Shown here one piece after another: positions 30,136 to 39,501 of a stretch of 64,000 bases of DNA; the stretch's first letter is position 1; every line of letters begins with the position of its first letter. The stretch comes from a virus (lineage: Duplodnaviria > Heunggongvirae > Uroviricota > Caudoviricetes), in IMG/VR virus record IMGVR_UViG_3300017565_000001, positions 360,530 through 424,529 of that record; one strand, given 5' to 3'. A model generated the notes under the pieces. That model searched no databases and was not told where the DNA came from. It was given only the letters and a program-made list of their open reading frames with translations. Made by a program: the position numbers and the translations under genes.

Positions 30136-30153
30136 ACCAGGAGTGATATAAAA

Positions 30154-31359
30154 ATGACTAAACTGTTTGAATCTCAATGGGCAGTGACCAAGAAGTTGCT
30201 GTGCGAAGGCAAGGATCTGACCCATAACCAGGATGGCAGCGCCAATCCTACCAAGAAGAAGATGATGGAAACCGTTCTTGAGAACACGTACCGTGAACTC
30301 AAGCTGATGGAAAATGCAACGGCTGGTGCTACCAACGCTGCAAACGTGGCTACCCTGAACAAGGTTATTCTGCCCGTTATCCGTCGTGTTATGCCTACCG
30401 TCATCGCTAACGAAATTATCGGTGTTCAGCCTCTGACCGGCCCTGTCGCTCAGATCCACACACTGCGCGTTCGTTACGCTGACAGCCACGCTGGCGTTAC
30501 TGCTGGTGCTGAAGCTCTGAGCCCATACGCCATCGCCCGTGCTTACTCGGGTAACGGTGACGCATCCGCTCCTAAGGCTGCTCCTACTTCCACTCTGGAA
30601 GGTACGGCTGGCAAGCGTCTGAGCATCCAAATCCTGAAGGAAGTTGTTGAAGCCAAGACACGTCGTCTGTCCGCTCGTTGGACGTTCGAAGCTGCTCAAG
30701 ATGCACAAGCCCAACAAGGCATTGACATCGAAGCAGAAATCATGGCTGCTCTGGCACAAGAAATCACCGCTGAAATCGACCAAGAAATTCTGGTCTCTCT
30801 GCGTGCTCTGCCAGGTGCTCCTACAGCTTCGTTTGACCAAGCCGCTGTGTCCGGTACCCCAACGTTCGTTGGTGACGTCCACGCTGCTCTGGCTGTTCTG
30901 ATCAACCGTCAAGCTAACTTGATCGCTGCTCGTACACGTCGCGGTGCTGGTAACTGGGTTGTTGTTTCCCCAACCGCTCTGACCATCCTGCAATCTGCTA
31001 CGACTTCGGCTTTTGCTCGTACAACTGAAGGCACGTTCGAAGCCCCTACCAACACCAAGTTTGTTGGTATGCTGAACAACTCGATGCGCGTTTATGTTGA
31101 CCAATACGCTTCCGATGACACTCCTGTCCTCGTCGGCTACAAGGGTCAAGGCGAAATCGACGCTGCCGCTTATTACTGCCCATACGTGCCTCTGACTTCG
31201 TCTGGTGTTGTGGTTGATCCTAACACCTTCGAACCAGTCGTGTCGTTCATGACCCGTTACGGCTACCTGGAACTGACGAACACCGCTTCGTCGCTGGGTA
31301 ACGCTGCTGACTACCTGGGTCTGGTCGGTATCAACACTGCTAACCTGAAGTTCCTGTAA
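30154..31359 (+). CDS. Major capsid protein, gp23-like
   Basis: VIRRVMPTVIANEIIGVQPLTGP, AKTRRLSARWTFEAAQD, YYCPYVPL, FMTRYG. Confidence 0.96.
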   Translation: MTKLFESQWAVTKKLLCEGKDLTHNQDGSANPTKKKMMETVLENTYRELKLMENATAGATNAANVATLNKVILPVIRRVMPTVIANEIIGVQPLTGPVAQIHTLRVRYADSHAGVTAGAEALSPYAIARAYSGNGDASAPKAAPTSTLEGTAGKRLSIQILKEVVEAKTRRLSARWTFEAAQDAQAQQGIDIEAEIMAALAQEITAEIDQEILVSLRALPGAPTASFDQAAVSGTPTFVGDVHAALAVLINRQANLIAARTRRGAGNWVVVSPTALTILQSATTSAFARTTEGTFEAPTNTKFVGMLNNSMRVYVDQYASDDTPVLVGYKGQGEIDAAAYYCPYVPLTSSGVVVDPNTFEPVVSFMTRYGYLELTNTASSLGNAADYLGLVGINTANLKFL

Positions 31360-31411
31360 TCAACTGTGGGGCTAGACCCCACTTGATACATACTTAGGTT
31401 GAAGGCAAAAG

Positions 31412-31439
31412 AAAGCCACTGAGAAATCAGTGGCTTTTT
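31412..31439. terminator. Intrinsic terminator after capsid gene
   Basis: AAAGCCACTGA-GAAA-TCAGTGGCTTTTT. Confidence 0.85.
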
Positions 31440-31459
31440 CTTCATCCCTACGTTTTGAA

Positions 31460-31735
31460 TCAGGTCACGTAAATGATGCGTTCCTGGAAATTGATGCCAA
31501 CCATGGCTTCATCTTGATCATCAGGCGGACCGTCGTAAACGACCACGTACAGGATGGGATCGGGATCACTGCAACGAGGATCATTGTCATCCTGCCACTC
31601 CAGATACTCGCTGATTTTCGTCAGCCTGCTGACTTCGTCTTCCGTGATTTGGTCTTGCTTGTAGGAGAACTCACCACGGCTCACTTGTTCTAGCTTGATA
31701 CCAAACAGTGCTTCGATGCGGGTGTAAATGCTCAT
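31460..31735 (-). CDS. Hypothetical protein
   Basis: 91 aa; AAGGAG RBS; sigma70-like TTGACT-N17-CACAAT upstream (~31771-31799). Confidence 0.7.
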   Translation of the reverse strand: MSIYTRIEALFGIKLEQVSRGEFSYKQDQITEDEVSRLTKISEYLEWQDDNDPRCSDPDPILYVVVYDGPPDDQDEAMVGINFQERIIYVT

Positions 31736-31848
31736 TTACTGCTCCTTGTGTTTGTCTACCATGTATCGCATTGTGGTACCAAATGAACTAGGAGTCAAGC
31801 AGTCATCTCGTTCATTCGCCATAAATACAGGTTTAATATTGGTGAAAT

Positions 31849-32991
31849 ATGCGATATTCTGAACTCATGGAATTGTTTGACGGCGGAAACAAATGGAAAG
31901 CCGTAACCGACGGACAAAACGGCAAAACATTTTCATTCACAGTCAATGACGTCCCGTTTACGATGATCTTCCGTAGAACCTCAAAGTTCCTGAAGGGTAA
32001 ACACATTTGGTTCTGGAGTCCTTCCTTTGATATCAGGGGTAGGGACGAAGATGATCAATACAAGCTGACTGGTGATGGTGACTCGGTGGCAATCCTCAGC
32101 ACCGTAGTTGACATTATGCGACATGTCATAAACAAAGAACACAATCCCAACATCATCTTTACGGCTGATGAGGCTGACGGTTCTCGTTCAGCCTTGTACA
32201 AACGCATGGCAACCACACTGACTCGTAATTCCCAGTATCAGGTAGTTACTGAACAGGAACCAGGTGTCACAGTCATCATGCTGCTGAACGCCAAAACGCA
32301 ACAAGAGTTGAGTGAAGAGGTAGTCGTGGAAGCCCCTAAGACTGCCGCTGCCAGGTTCTATTCAGAACCCTATGGCTCGGAAAAGGCTTTGATTTATTAC
32401 GCTTCCATGGCCTTTGGTGGGCATCCATTGGTGAAAAGGAAACAAGCCAGTACGTCAGCATTTGAGTACAAGTATTACATCAAGGGTACGAATACGGTTG
32501 TTGGTCGTTCAACGGCTGATGGTAAGTTCTATCTGGCGCAGAATCCCAATAACCCAGAATTCAAACCAGAGAAGGACAGGTTCGCAGCAAAGGATGCTGG
32601 AAAGGTAGAACCCAAAGTGGAACCTAAGGCCGAACCAAAAGCCAAACCACCAGCCAATAAGGTATCAGCTGACACGGTACTTTCCGAGATTAGACAGGCA
32701 ATGCAACGTGGACTGACCAAACGTTGGACAATTTTTCGCAGTAGTTCAGCAAAAGAAATGGGTCACGACAATCCCCTGACTGTTTGCTTTGAAGTGCGTG
32801 ACTGGGGTGACTGGGAAGTTCCGCCCGGTGAAGAAGATGATGGCGATTACGATTGGCAGCAAATGACTCAAGAAACGTCAAACCAATTGCGAACAATCAT
32901 TACTGCGGCCAGAGCCAAATATCCTGATTTTAATATCGGGGTACAAAGTGGTGAGAAAAACTGGATCTACATTGATGTGACTCCCAAATAA
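31849..32991 (+). CDS. Putative internal head protein (multi-domain)
   Basis: Late promoter 31821-27; N-terminus MRYSELME; internal ELSEEVVVE linker and a PKVE/PKAE repeat linker. Confidence 0.65.
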   Translation: MRYSELMELFDGGNKWKAVTDGQNGKTFSFTVNDVPFTMIFRRTSKFLKGKHIWFWSPSFDIRGRDEDDQYKLTGDGDSVAILSTVVDIMRHVINKEHNPNIIFTADEADGSRSALYKRMATTLTRNSQYQVVTEQEPGVTVIMLLNAKTQQELSEEVVVEAPKTAAARFYSEPYGSEKALIYYASMAFGGHPLVKRKQASTSAFEYKYYIKGTNTVVGRSTADGKFYLAQNPNNPEFKPEKDRFAAKDAGKVEPKVEPKAEPKAKPPANKVSADTVLSEIRQAMQRGLTKRWTIFRSSSAKEMGHDNPLTVCFEVRDWGDWEVPPGEEDDGDYDWQQMTQETSNQLRTIITAARAKYPDFNIGVQSGEKNWIYIDVTPK

Positions 32992-33051
32992 GAATCAAGG
33001 GTTAGTGAATACTATGGGGTGAACGTTCACCCCATCTTTAGGGTTAGTCAT

Positions 33052-33741
33052 ATGATTGATAGAAAATTATTGATGACCATGTACCAGGATCCTGGTACAA
33101 CATCACCAGTAGGACCAGGGCCAGACACATTGATTCTCGGCGATATGACTGCTGGATATTATGGAACAGTTGCAAGCACTGAAGTCTTCAGTGCATCTCA
33201 ACTAAGAACTGCATTGGGAGTAACGACTGGAACTATTTGGAATGATACACCCTTGTGGGCAAAATTCGCTCACAACGGTTTAATCAAATACATTCCAATG
33301 GCGCCATTGGCTTACAGTTTAACTTGGCAGGCTCTTTATTTGGCTGGTGCGGTATATCCAAGTGGACCTGGTAACTATCCACCCACCGGCCAACCTGTGA
33401 CTCAGCAAGGAAAACAAGTAATGAATGGTCAGGGTTATAAGTTTTCCTGCGCTTTGATTTCAACTGGAACTGATCCGGTCCCAGTTAGTACCATACCAGC
33501 ATCCACATCTGAATATGCATTGATCAACAGGCTAATGAATGGACCCTGGGGTACTTCCACATATCAGGACTGGGGAGTGAATAATTTCTCCGCATATATG
33601 TGGATTATGCAGAGTCTTGATACCACTACTAATACCAAATTGAGTATCAGCTATTTGGCGAATAACGTAAACGGATATTCGACAGATCCCAATGACAACA
33701 GAAACATTTTGCATTGGCGTCCCATCCTTACGCTTCAATAA
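33052..33741 (+). CDS. Virion structural/adhesin-like protein (GPxxLxxG...AGYYG...WRPxL family)
   Basis: Starts MIDRKLLM; clear paralogue of 42672..43439. Confidence 0.65.
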   Translation: MIDRKLLMTMYQDPGTTSPVGPGPDTLILGDMTAGYYGTVASTEVFSASQLRTALGVTTGTIWNDTPLWAKFAHNGLIKYIPMAPLAYSLTWQALYLAGAVYPSGPGNYPPTGQPVTQQGKQVMNGQGYKFSCALISTGTDPVPVSTIPASTSEYALINRLMNGPWGTSTYQDWGVNNFSAYMWIMQSLDTTTNTKLSISYLANNVNGYSTDPNDNRNILHWRPILTLQ

Positions 33742-33742
33742 G

Positions 33743-33770
33743 AAAGGGGAGAACAGTTGTTCTCCCCTTT
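33743..33770. terminator. Bidirectional terminator
   Basis: AAAGGGGAGAAC-AGTT-GTTCTCCCCTTT between converging genes. Confidence 0.75.
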
Positions 33771-33787
33771 GTCAATCAGATGATCAA

Positions 33788-33931
33788 TTACTTGACATCT
33801 TTGTCTTCAGAAACGACGGTAGTGACGTCATCAACCTTCTTCTTGAAGAAACCAACAATCTTGGTGTACAGAGTAGGCGAATAGTGACCAACTGCCAGAC
33901 CAGCAACAAAACCAATAATCAGACTAAACAT
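33788..33931 (-). CDS. Small single-pass membrane protein (47 aa), late
   Basis: GGAGG RBS, late promoter 33963-69; MFSLIIGFVAGLAVG hydrophobic N-terminus and charged tail. Confidence 0.65.
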   Translation of the reverse strand: MFSLIIGFVAGLAVGHYSPTLYTKIVGFFKKKVDDVTTVVSEDKDVK

Positions 33932-34028
33932 AAGAATATCCTCCAGTAAATTAGGACAATGATATTTATGGTGAACCATGCCAATTCTAAAGACTCCTTT
34001 AATGAATAAATATGTAAATCGTTCGATC

Positions 34029-34106
34029 TCTTGATGAGTTCCAATGATCAAAATATTCATGGAGAGCTGTCACTACTTCCTAATAGTGTGAGAACTCCAG
34101 GTAGAC
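34029..34106 (+). repeat. Box-hairpin-box element copy 1 (candidate small RNA)
   Basis: TCTTGATGAGTTC...CACTA/TAGTG hairpin...AGAACTCCAGGTAGAC, just after late promoter 34006-12; homologous copies at 44279 and 44408. Confidence 0.6.
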
Positions 34107-34126
34107 TTCTACAAACTGGCAATAAT

Positions 34127-34930
34127 ATGCGATACCATCAAATAATTAACGAGCTCGTGGGGGTGAAGCAATTCGCCAATATGAACGCTCAAGAGGTTCT
34201 TGACTATATCAAGAACACAATGGGTTCGACCAACATTCAGGTGTTGGGTCAAGGCTCGATGGGCGCTGCCCTGAAGATCGGTTCAACGGTATATAAGCTG
34301 TGGCAACAGGACAGTGCCTTCACTGACTTTGTGAAATACGCCAAGGCCAACTCCAATAACCCATATCTACCAAAGTTTTTCACTGATGTGAAAAGAATGC
34401 CTGCATTCTTTATTCGTCACGAAGACAGTGGCGATTATGTCAACTATGTTCGTATGGAAGAACTTGCACCATTGGGTGATTTGTTGAGTGGATCCTTTCC
34501 ATTGAAAATGGAATATCAAGATGCCGAAGACGAAGACGAACGTGGGCATCTGGGCCGTGTGAAGATAACCAGGGTCATTGAAATAATCAATGATTTACCA
34601 GACTCGGTCTTTCAGCCATTACGCCAATTCCAATTGAAGTTGAACGGAATGACTGGTCATGAATACAAATTAGACGACTTTCCAAATGACTTGAAACTGT
34701 TTGTTGAAACCCTTATGGAGATTAAACAGTTGGGTCATAACTTGGACCTTCACCCAGGCAACTTTATGTCCAGAGGTGGAAAACAATTGGTGATCATGGA
34801 CCCCATTGCCAACAAGGAAGACTTAAAGTTGAATCGAATATTCAGCAAGTTCAATTCCGATTTGAAGGCAAAAGCAAGTGAAGAAGCAAAACAAGCAATG
34901 ACGAGTAGAGTGTTCAGAAGTGGCCAATGA
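34127..34930 (+). CDS. Protein-kinase-like (Ser/Thr kinase fold) protein
   Basis: VLGQGSMG glycine loop, VYK lysine, MEEL hinge, DLHPGN catalytic loop, IMDP; start MRYHQIINE. Confidence 0.75.
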   Translation: MRYHQIINELVGVKQFANMNAQEVLDYIKNTMGSTNIQVLGQGSMGAALKIGSTVYKLWQQDSAFTDFVKYAKANSNNPYLPKFFTDVKRMPAFFIRHEDSGDYVNYVRMEELAPLGDLLSGSFPLKMEYQDAEDEDERGHLGRVKITRVIEIINDLPDSVFQPLRQFQLKLNGMTGHEYKLDDFPNDLKLFVETLMEIKQLGHNLDLHPGNFMSRGGKQLVIMDPIANKEDLKLNRIFSKFNSDLKAKASEEAKQAMTSRVFRSGQ

Positions 34931-35363
34931 TCATAGAGTTCCCCCAAAGCCACCATGGTTTGATACGGTACCAGAAGGGACATGTAAGTGGTGCAATAAG
35001 CAAATAGGATTGACGAAGAAAGGACAACCCAGCAAGTCACGCTGGCACCCTACATGCGTCAAGGAGTACAAGTTACTGTTCTGGCCTACTACCACGAGAC
35101 GAGCAGTCCTAAAGCGTGATAAAGGGGTTTGTAGGGGATGTGGTGTGCAGTGTAGTGGTAAAGGTGCTACACGGTGGCATATGGATCATATCCAACCACT
35201 AATAGAGGCTCAGGGGAATATGGATTTCTGGCGACTAGGAAACTTACAGACTCTATGCACTGCATGCCATAAAGAAAAGACTAGCAGGGAAGCGACTGAG
35301 CGCGCCGAAAAACGAAAATTGAAAAGAGAAAGCGATGTTGCACAAAAAGATCCTATTAAGTGA
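34920..35363 (+). CDS. HNH endonuclease (zinc-finger type)
   Basis: RDKGVCRGC...DHIQP...NLQTLCTACHKEK. Confidence 0.88.
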   Translation: MANDHRVPPKPPWFDTVPEGTCKWCNKQIGLTKKGQPSKSRWHPTCVKEYKLLFWPTTTRRAVLKRDKGVCRGCGVQCSGKGATRWHMDHIQPLIEAQGNMDFWRLGNLQTLCTACHKEKTSREATERAEKRKLKRESDVAQKDPIK

Positions 35364-36099
35364 AGCTGCGATAGACGATACACCGGTGGTCATTGATGCC
35401 AATGTGAAATTTCTTTGTCACTTTGATCAGAATCCACCGATCAATGCTGCGACAAATGGAGCTGGTACTGTGGTGAATGCCGGCTATTATAGAACACAAG
35501 TCATAACAAATGATCCCGCGTCTGCTAAATTTGGACAAGGATACTTGCTGCATGGTGGTACGGTTGGGGGTGGTGCTAGTGAGTATGTCACTTTTCCAAA
35601 AGGCTTTTCTTTCGGAACAAATAATTTCACTATTGATTCGTGGCATCTATGGAATGCATATGGATCAGCCAACGGTGCCCAACAGTATGGTTGGGAGTTT
35701 GGTTTGAATACGTCAAACAACTACTGTGGTTTGAATCTTTCAGGAACTCGATATAACGGTGGTATGCAGCTTACGGTTAATCGCGGTTTTAATGGTGTTC
35801 CAGCAGCAACCATCAACATACCTGGTCTATCATCTTTGTTGCCAACTACGGCGTATTTCCATGTCGCCATCGTTAGGGATGGATCGGTAATTAGGGTTTA
35901 TACAAATGGTATTTTGCGAAACTCACAAAATATCGGAGCGATAGCCATAACTGAAGGTACGCTACTGAAATTTGGTGTATCAAGTAATGCATACCAACCA
36001 GGTTGCGCTACTGACGAAGTTCGCATCGTTATGGATCAGGTTCTGTACACTGACGACTTTACGCCACCAACGGCGCCATTCCCCAATCCGATTATTTGA
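35335..36099 (+). CDS. LamG/concanavalin-A-like lectin domain virion protein
   Basis: FGTNNFTIDSW, HVAIVRDGS, DEVRI...YTDDFTPPTAPF. Confidence 0.75.
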   Translation: MLHKKILLSEAAIDDTPVVIDANVKFLCHFDQNPPINAATNGAGTVVNAGYYRTQVITNDPASAKFGQGYLLHGGTVGGGASEYVTFPKGFSFGTNNFTIDSWHLWNAYGSANGAQQYGWEFGLNTSNNYCGLNLSGTRYNGGMQLTVNRGFNGVPAATINIPGLSSLLPTTAYFHVAIVRDGSVIRVYTNGILRNSQNIGAIAITEGTLLKFGVSSNAYQPGCATDEVRIVMDQVLYTDDFTPPTAPFPNPII

Positions 36100-36124
36100 T
36101 GACGGTTATCCTAAAGAGAAAGTA

Positions 36125-36799
36125 ATGATATCAAAACGTTTGTTGATGACGAAGAAGGTAGCACCCGCCGGTGATCCCAATACGCTATTGATGATTCAAG
36201 GTGGTAGTATTGTGGATCAATCACTCAACCATTATTCTGGGACTCTACAGGGTACGAATTCAATCGTTTCAACAGGCGGAAAATTCAATAATGGTTATTT
36301 GGATTTTACGAATGGTCGATTGAATTATGATTTGCCCGACGTTACCACCAATTTGTTCATTGAGGCTTGGGTTCAATTGAAATCAAACTTCAATGGCACT
36401 TGGTGCCATTTAGTCGGGAAGGGAAACGGTCTGAATCAAGGCACATGGGTCATGGGGATTCAAAGCCGACAATTGACATTTGCGATCGGTGGTAGCACGA
36501 CGTCAAACCAATTCGCAGTTCGTGGAACGTCTACACTCGTAGCTAGTCAGTGGTATCACCTTGCCGCAAGTAAAGTTGGCAGCAGCTACTATGTTTTCGT
36601 GAATGGGGTTCGTGAGAATACGGGGACTTCAGCCTATTCTATGATCAATACTGCGGGATTCTCAATAGCAGACAGAAGGGCAAACGATATGTATTTGCAA
36701 TATCCAACAGCTGGGTTATTTGGAGGAGTGCGTATAGCTCTCAACAATAGTTCGCCAACTGCTACCTTCACACCGCCAACGGCTCCTTGGACTTCTTGA
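36125..36799 (+). CDS. LamG/concanavalin-A-like lectin domain virion protein
   Basis: Starts MISKRLLM; IEAWV, WYHLAA, FVNG; ends FTPPTAPW. Confidence 0.75.
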   Translation: MISKRLLMTKKVAPAGDPNTLLMIQGGSIVDQSLNHYSGTLQGTNSIVSTGGKFNNGYLDFTNGRLNYDLPDVTTNLFIEAWVQLKSNFNGTWCHLVGKGNGLNQGTWVMGIQSRQLTFAIGGSTTSNQFAVRGTSTLVASQWYHLAASKVGSSYYVFVNGVRENTGTSAYSMINTAGFSIADRRANDMYLQYPTAGLFGGVRIALNNSSPTATFTPPTAPWTS

Positions 36800-37133
36800 T
36801 GAAGGGATTGGTATCCTTGCACACAACATCCCACATAGAAGATTGATAATGGAGACAATCAGTGAGCTTTGCTATCGCTTCCCAATCGTCACTGTTGGTG
36901 AAGTACAGCTCAGTCATCCCCATCAAATCCCGATGGAGCATGAAATCAACGCCTGAGTCCCTGATAAGGCGTTTGAAGTCCGAATGATAGTCGGAATGGT
37001 GAGTCACGTAAACGATCGAATATTGGTGGGCTCCTTTCTTGGCCCACCAGGTTCTGGGCAAATTACCAATATCAGTCCTGACCTTGGTGCCAAACCGCAA
37101 GCGCAGATACCACCAGATCCGTCTTGATAGCAT
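36768..37133 (-). CDS. Hypothetical protein (small-paralogue family)
   Basis: Start MLSRRIWW immediately after upstream stop; LYFTNSDDWEAIAKL. Confidence 0.6.
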   Translation of the reverse strand: MLSRRIWWYLRLRFGTKVRTDIGNLPRTWWAKKGAHQYSIVYVTHHSDYHSDFKRLIRDSGVDFMLHRDLMGMTELYFTNSDDWEAIAKLTDCLHYQSSMWDVVCKDTNPFIKKSKEPLAV

Positions 37134-37134
37134 T

Positions 37135-37617
37135 TTAAATCCGATCGTGATCGTAAAACATGACTTCACCCAGTCTACTGTTGTGGAGTCTGGCATGCAT
37201 AAGCCAGTCATCATTGGACATGGCCACAACCCAGATGACATTGTCTTCACTGGCAGTCATTGGTGTCCAGGGAACAGTCATCCATTCAGCGCCACACCCG
37301 TCAAGTAAATCCGCCACTTCTTTTCGGAAAGCTTGCTCCAGATCTCTGATTGTGACGGCTTGGTCTCGAGCAGATGTATTGAACCCTCGGTACCATTCAT
37401 CCCGAACGAACCTGGATACGTAAAACAGGTAGACGTGTTTGTACTTGTTGGGGTTCACATGAATCCACCAGCTTCTTGGACCCTTGTAGGAATCATGAAA
37501 TCTTCCCACAAATCTGGGTTCAAAGATGGTACGAATGGTAGCGAAGAGAGATCGAAAGAATTCAAACACGAGTGTCCACCCGGGATACGTTGTCATCAAA
37601 AATAGAAGTTTCACCAA
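37135..37617 (-). CDS. Hypothetical protein (small-paralogue family)
   Basis: VAMSNDDWLMHARL; start uncertain (possibly 37596). Confidence 0.6.
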   Translation of the reverse strand: MVKLLFLMTTYPGWTLVFEFFRSLFATIRTIFEPRFVGRFHDSYKGPRSWWIHVNPNKYKHVYLFYVSRFVRDEWYRGFNTSARDQAVTIRDLEQAFRKEVADLLDGCGAEWMTVPWTPMTASEDNVIWVVAMSNDDWLMHARLHNSRLGEVMFYDHDRI

Positions 37618-37996
37618 ACATCAGACGATAGTGGATCAACCACTCGTCTGATTCCGCACCCACATAGAAAAATCTGGGGTTCTGCTCCATACAGATTCGA
37701 ACATCATGGCCTAACCGGTTTATTTCGACCAGATGATTTGAAATCTGGTGGTGGGCATTGTATAAGCGTTCTAATTCGCTGTGGACTTCGTCAAGCTCAT
37801 AATGAATGTTGGCAAAATCACGAGATACGCTGAAGATCCAAACTTTTCGCACATGCTCCCAACCTTTTCGATCCCACCAAAGTGATCGATCGATAGTGAG
37901 ACCAGCCGCCTTTATCTTGCGGCTGATTGTACGACGTTTGAACTCCCACCACAGGGAGCGCAATTCACCGATGCTTGCCATGAACTGCGGCGCCAC
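37562..37996 (-). CDS. Hypothetical protein (small-paralogue family)
   Basis: LRSLWW...RSLWWDRKG; VGAESDEWLIHYRL; start possibly 37981. Confidence 0.6.
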   Translation of the reverse strand: MAPQFMASIGELRSLWWEFKRRTISRKIKAAGLTIDRSLWWDRKGWEHVRKVWIFSVSRDFANIHYELDEVHSELERLYNAHHQISNHLVEINRLGHDVRICMEQNPRFFYVGAESDEWLIHYRLMFGETSIFDDNVSRVDTRV

Positions 37997-38426
37997 AAAG
38001 GCCCATCAGCGAGAAGTCAGCCAAATATTGTGCGAGTTCGGCCTTGTCACCAAAGACCCAGGCACAAGTGTCAAGCGGCAACAAATGCACCACTGCACCA
38101 TCCACCAACGGATAAGTGGGATCATGAACAACACTGGCAAAGAAACCGGCATCTTGGATGGCCATAACTTGCGCATTCATCAAGCTACCATCGGTAACGC
38201 CAAGCGTGATCGCCGTGCCGAAACCCAGTTCTTTACCCACACCTTGTTCCAGCCACAAATCATACAGCTTGGAAAGCTGGGAGTTGGGTTGTTCGGTCCG
38301 ATGAGCTTGCATGGCCGTTTGGAATTGGTGGGCGGCGTGAGAGCCTTGAGCTACGGCCTTGCCGGCGTTCATACTGGCCAAGTCGGTGCGCATGAGGATA
38401 TAGAAATACGGGGTCTTGGTGGTCAT
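37965..38426 (-). CDS. Peptidyl-tRNA hydrolase 2 (Pth2)-like protein
   Basis: YILMRTDLASMNAGKAVAQGSHAA is the Pth2 N-terminal signature; GGAGG RBS. Confidence 0.75.
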   Translation of the reverse strand: MTTKTPYFYILMRTDLASMNAGKAVAQGSHAAHQFQTAMQAHRTEQPNSQLSKLYDLWLEQGVGKELGFGTAITLGVTDGSLMNAQVMAIQDAGFFASVVHDPTYPLVDGAVVHLLPLDTCAWVFGDKAELAQYLADFSLMGLCGAAVHGKHR

Positions 38427-38493
38427 AGGGCCTCCTTCTTTAATGAACGAAGTATAACATATGGCCGAACGAAAGCAAGCCATAAATATTGAC

Positions 38494-39501
38494 ATGAATA
38501 CTGGAACACACAATGATTTCTACAAATGGGGCTGGGATGATGGCTGGTTCAATGCTCCACCAAATATCGACTCTACTTTCAAGGTGACATTCAAGTCACC
38601 ACAAAATACTCGAACCCTTAGAGAGGAATTGGTTGATGCTTGTCATCTGGTGGCAAATCGATTCAGCAAGCCCTTGATGGTGTGTTTTAGTGGTGGACTT
38701 GACTCTCAGATTGTTTGCTTGGCACTATTGGAAGCACAGATTCCATTTACGCCATTTATAATGAGCTGGAAAGCACCCGATGGTCATGTAATAAATGGCG
38801 ATGACGTAAAATATGCCATGGAGTTTTGCCAACGCCATGGATTAATTCCTTTGACTGATAGTGGATACTTGGAAGAGTTCTTGGAAGCAAAAGGACGTGA
38901 CTCAGCAAGAATCTCCAGGATCCCGTATTACAGGATGTTGACGCAAACTCACTATGCTGATAAGTTCAAGGATCAATATGCATTATTGATATGCGCCGGG
39001 AATCCCAACTTTGACGTAAGGGATGGTGAACTTATGATAAGTGCGCCCACGTCAACTATTCAACAATATTTCATTGACAATGACGTACAGGGCTCGGCCC
39101 AATTCCTCAAATACACGCCTGAACTATTCTGTTCGCAGGTACTGAATCCTATCACCAAATCATTCGTTGGATCTTTTCCAAGCTTGTATTCAGTATATGA
39201 AGAAAACAGTAAGACTCCGTGGTGGAGTTGGCGTCTATTCACATCGTATATCAAGCCCCTTATATACCAAGCATGTTGGGAAGATGGCTTGATTCATCGA
39301 AGCAAACGACACGGCTTCGAGACATATGATGATACTTTCTGGAAAGCCGAAATCCACCGTATAGGTTCTGAATCTTTCGGCCACAGGGATAATGAAGTAA
39401 GATTGAAGATCGGTGACTTTATGGCTTTCGCCGAATCAAAGTCACCGTTGCATCAAATTTGGTATGCAGATGGTAGAGTCCTTCACGAGCCAGTTATCTG
39501 A
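38494..39501 (+). CDS. PP-loop adenine-nucleotide alpha-hydrolase family protein
   Basis: VCFSGGLDSQ PP-loop; late promoter 38482-88 supports start at 38494. Confidence 0.7.
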   Translation: MNTGTHNDFYKWGWDDGWFNAPPNIDSTFKVTFKSPQNTRTLREELVDACHLVANRFSKPLMVCFSGGLDSQIVCLALLEAQIPFTPFIMSWKAPDGHVINGDDVKYAMEFCQRHGLIPLTDSGYLEEFLEAKGRDSARISRIPYYRMLTQTHYADKFKDQYALLICAGNPNFDVRDGELMISAPTSTIQQYFIDNDVQGSAQFLKYTPELFCSQVLNPITKSFVGSFPSLYSVYEENSKTPWWSWRLFTSYIKPLIYQACWEDGLIHRSKRHGFETYDDTFWKAEIHRIGSESFGHRDNEVRLKIGDFMAFAESKSPLHQIWYADGRVLHEPVI

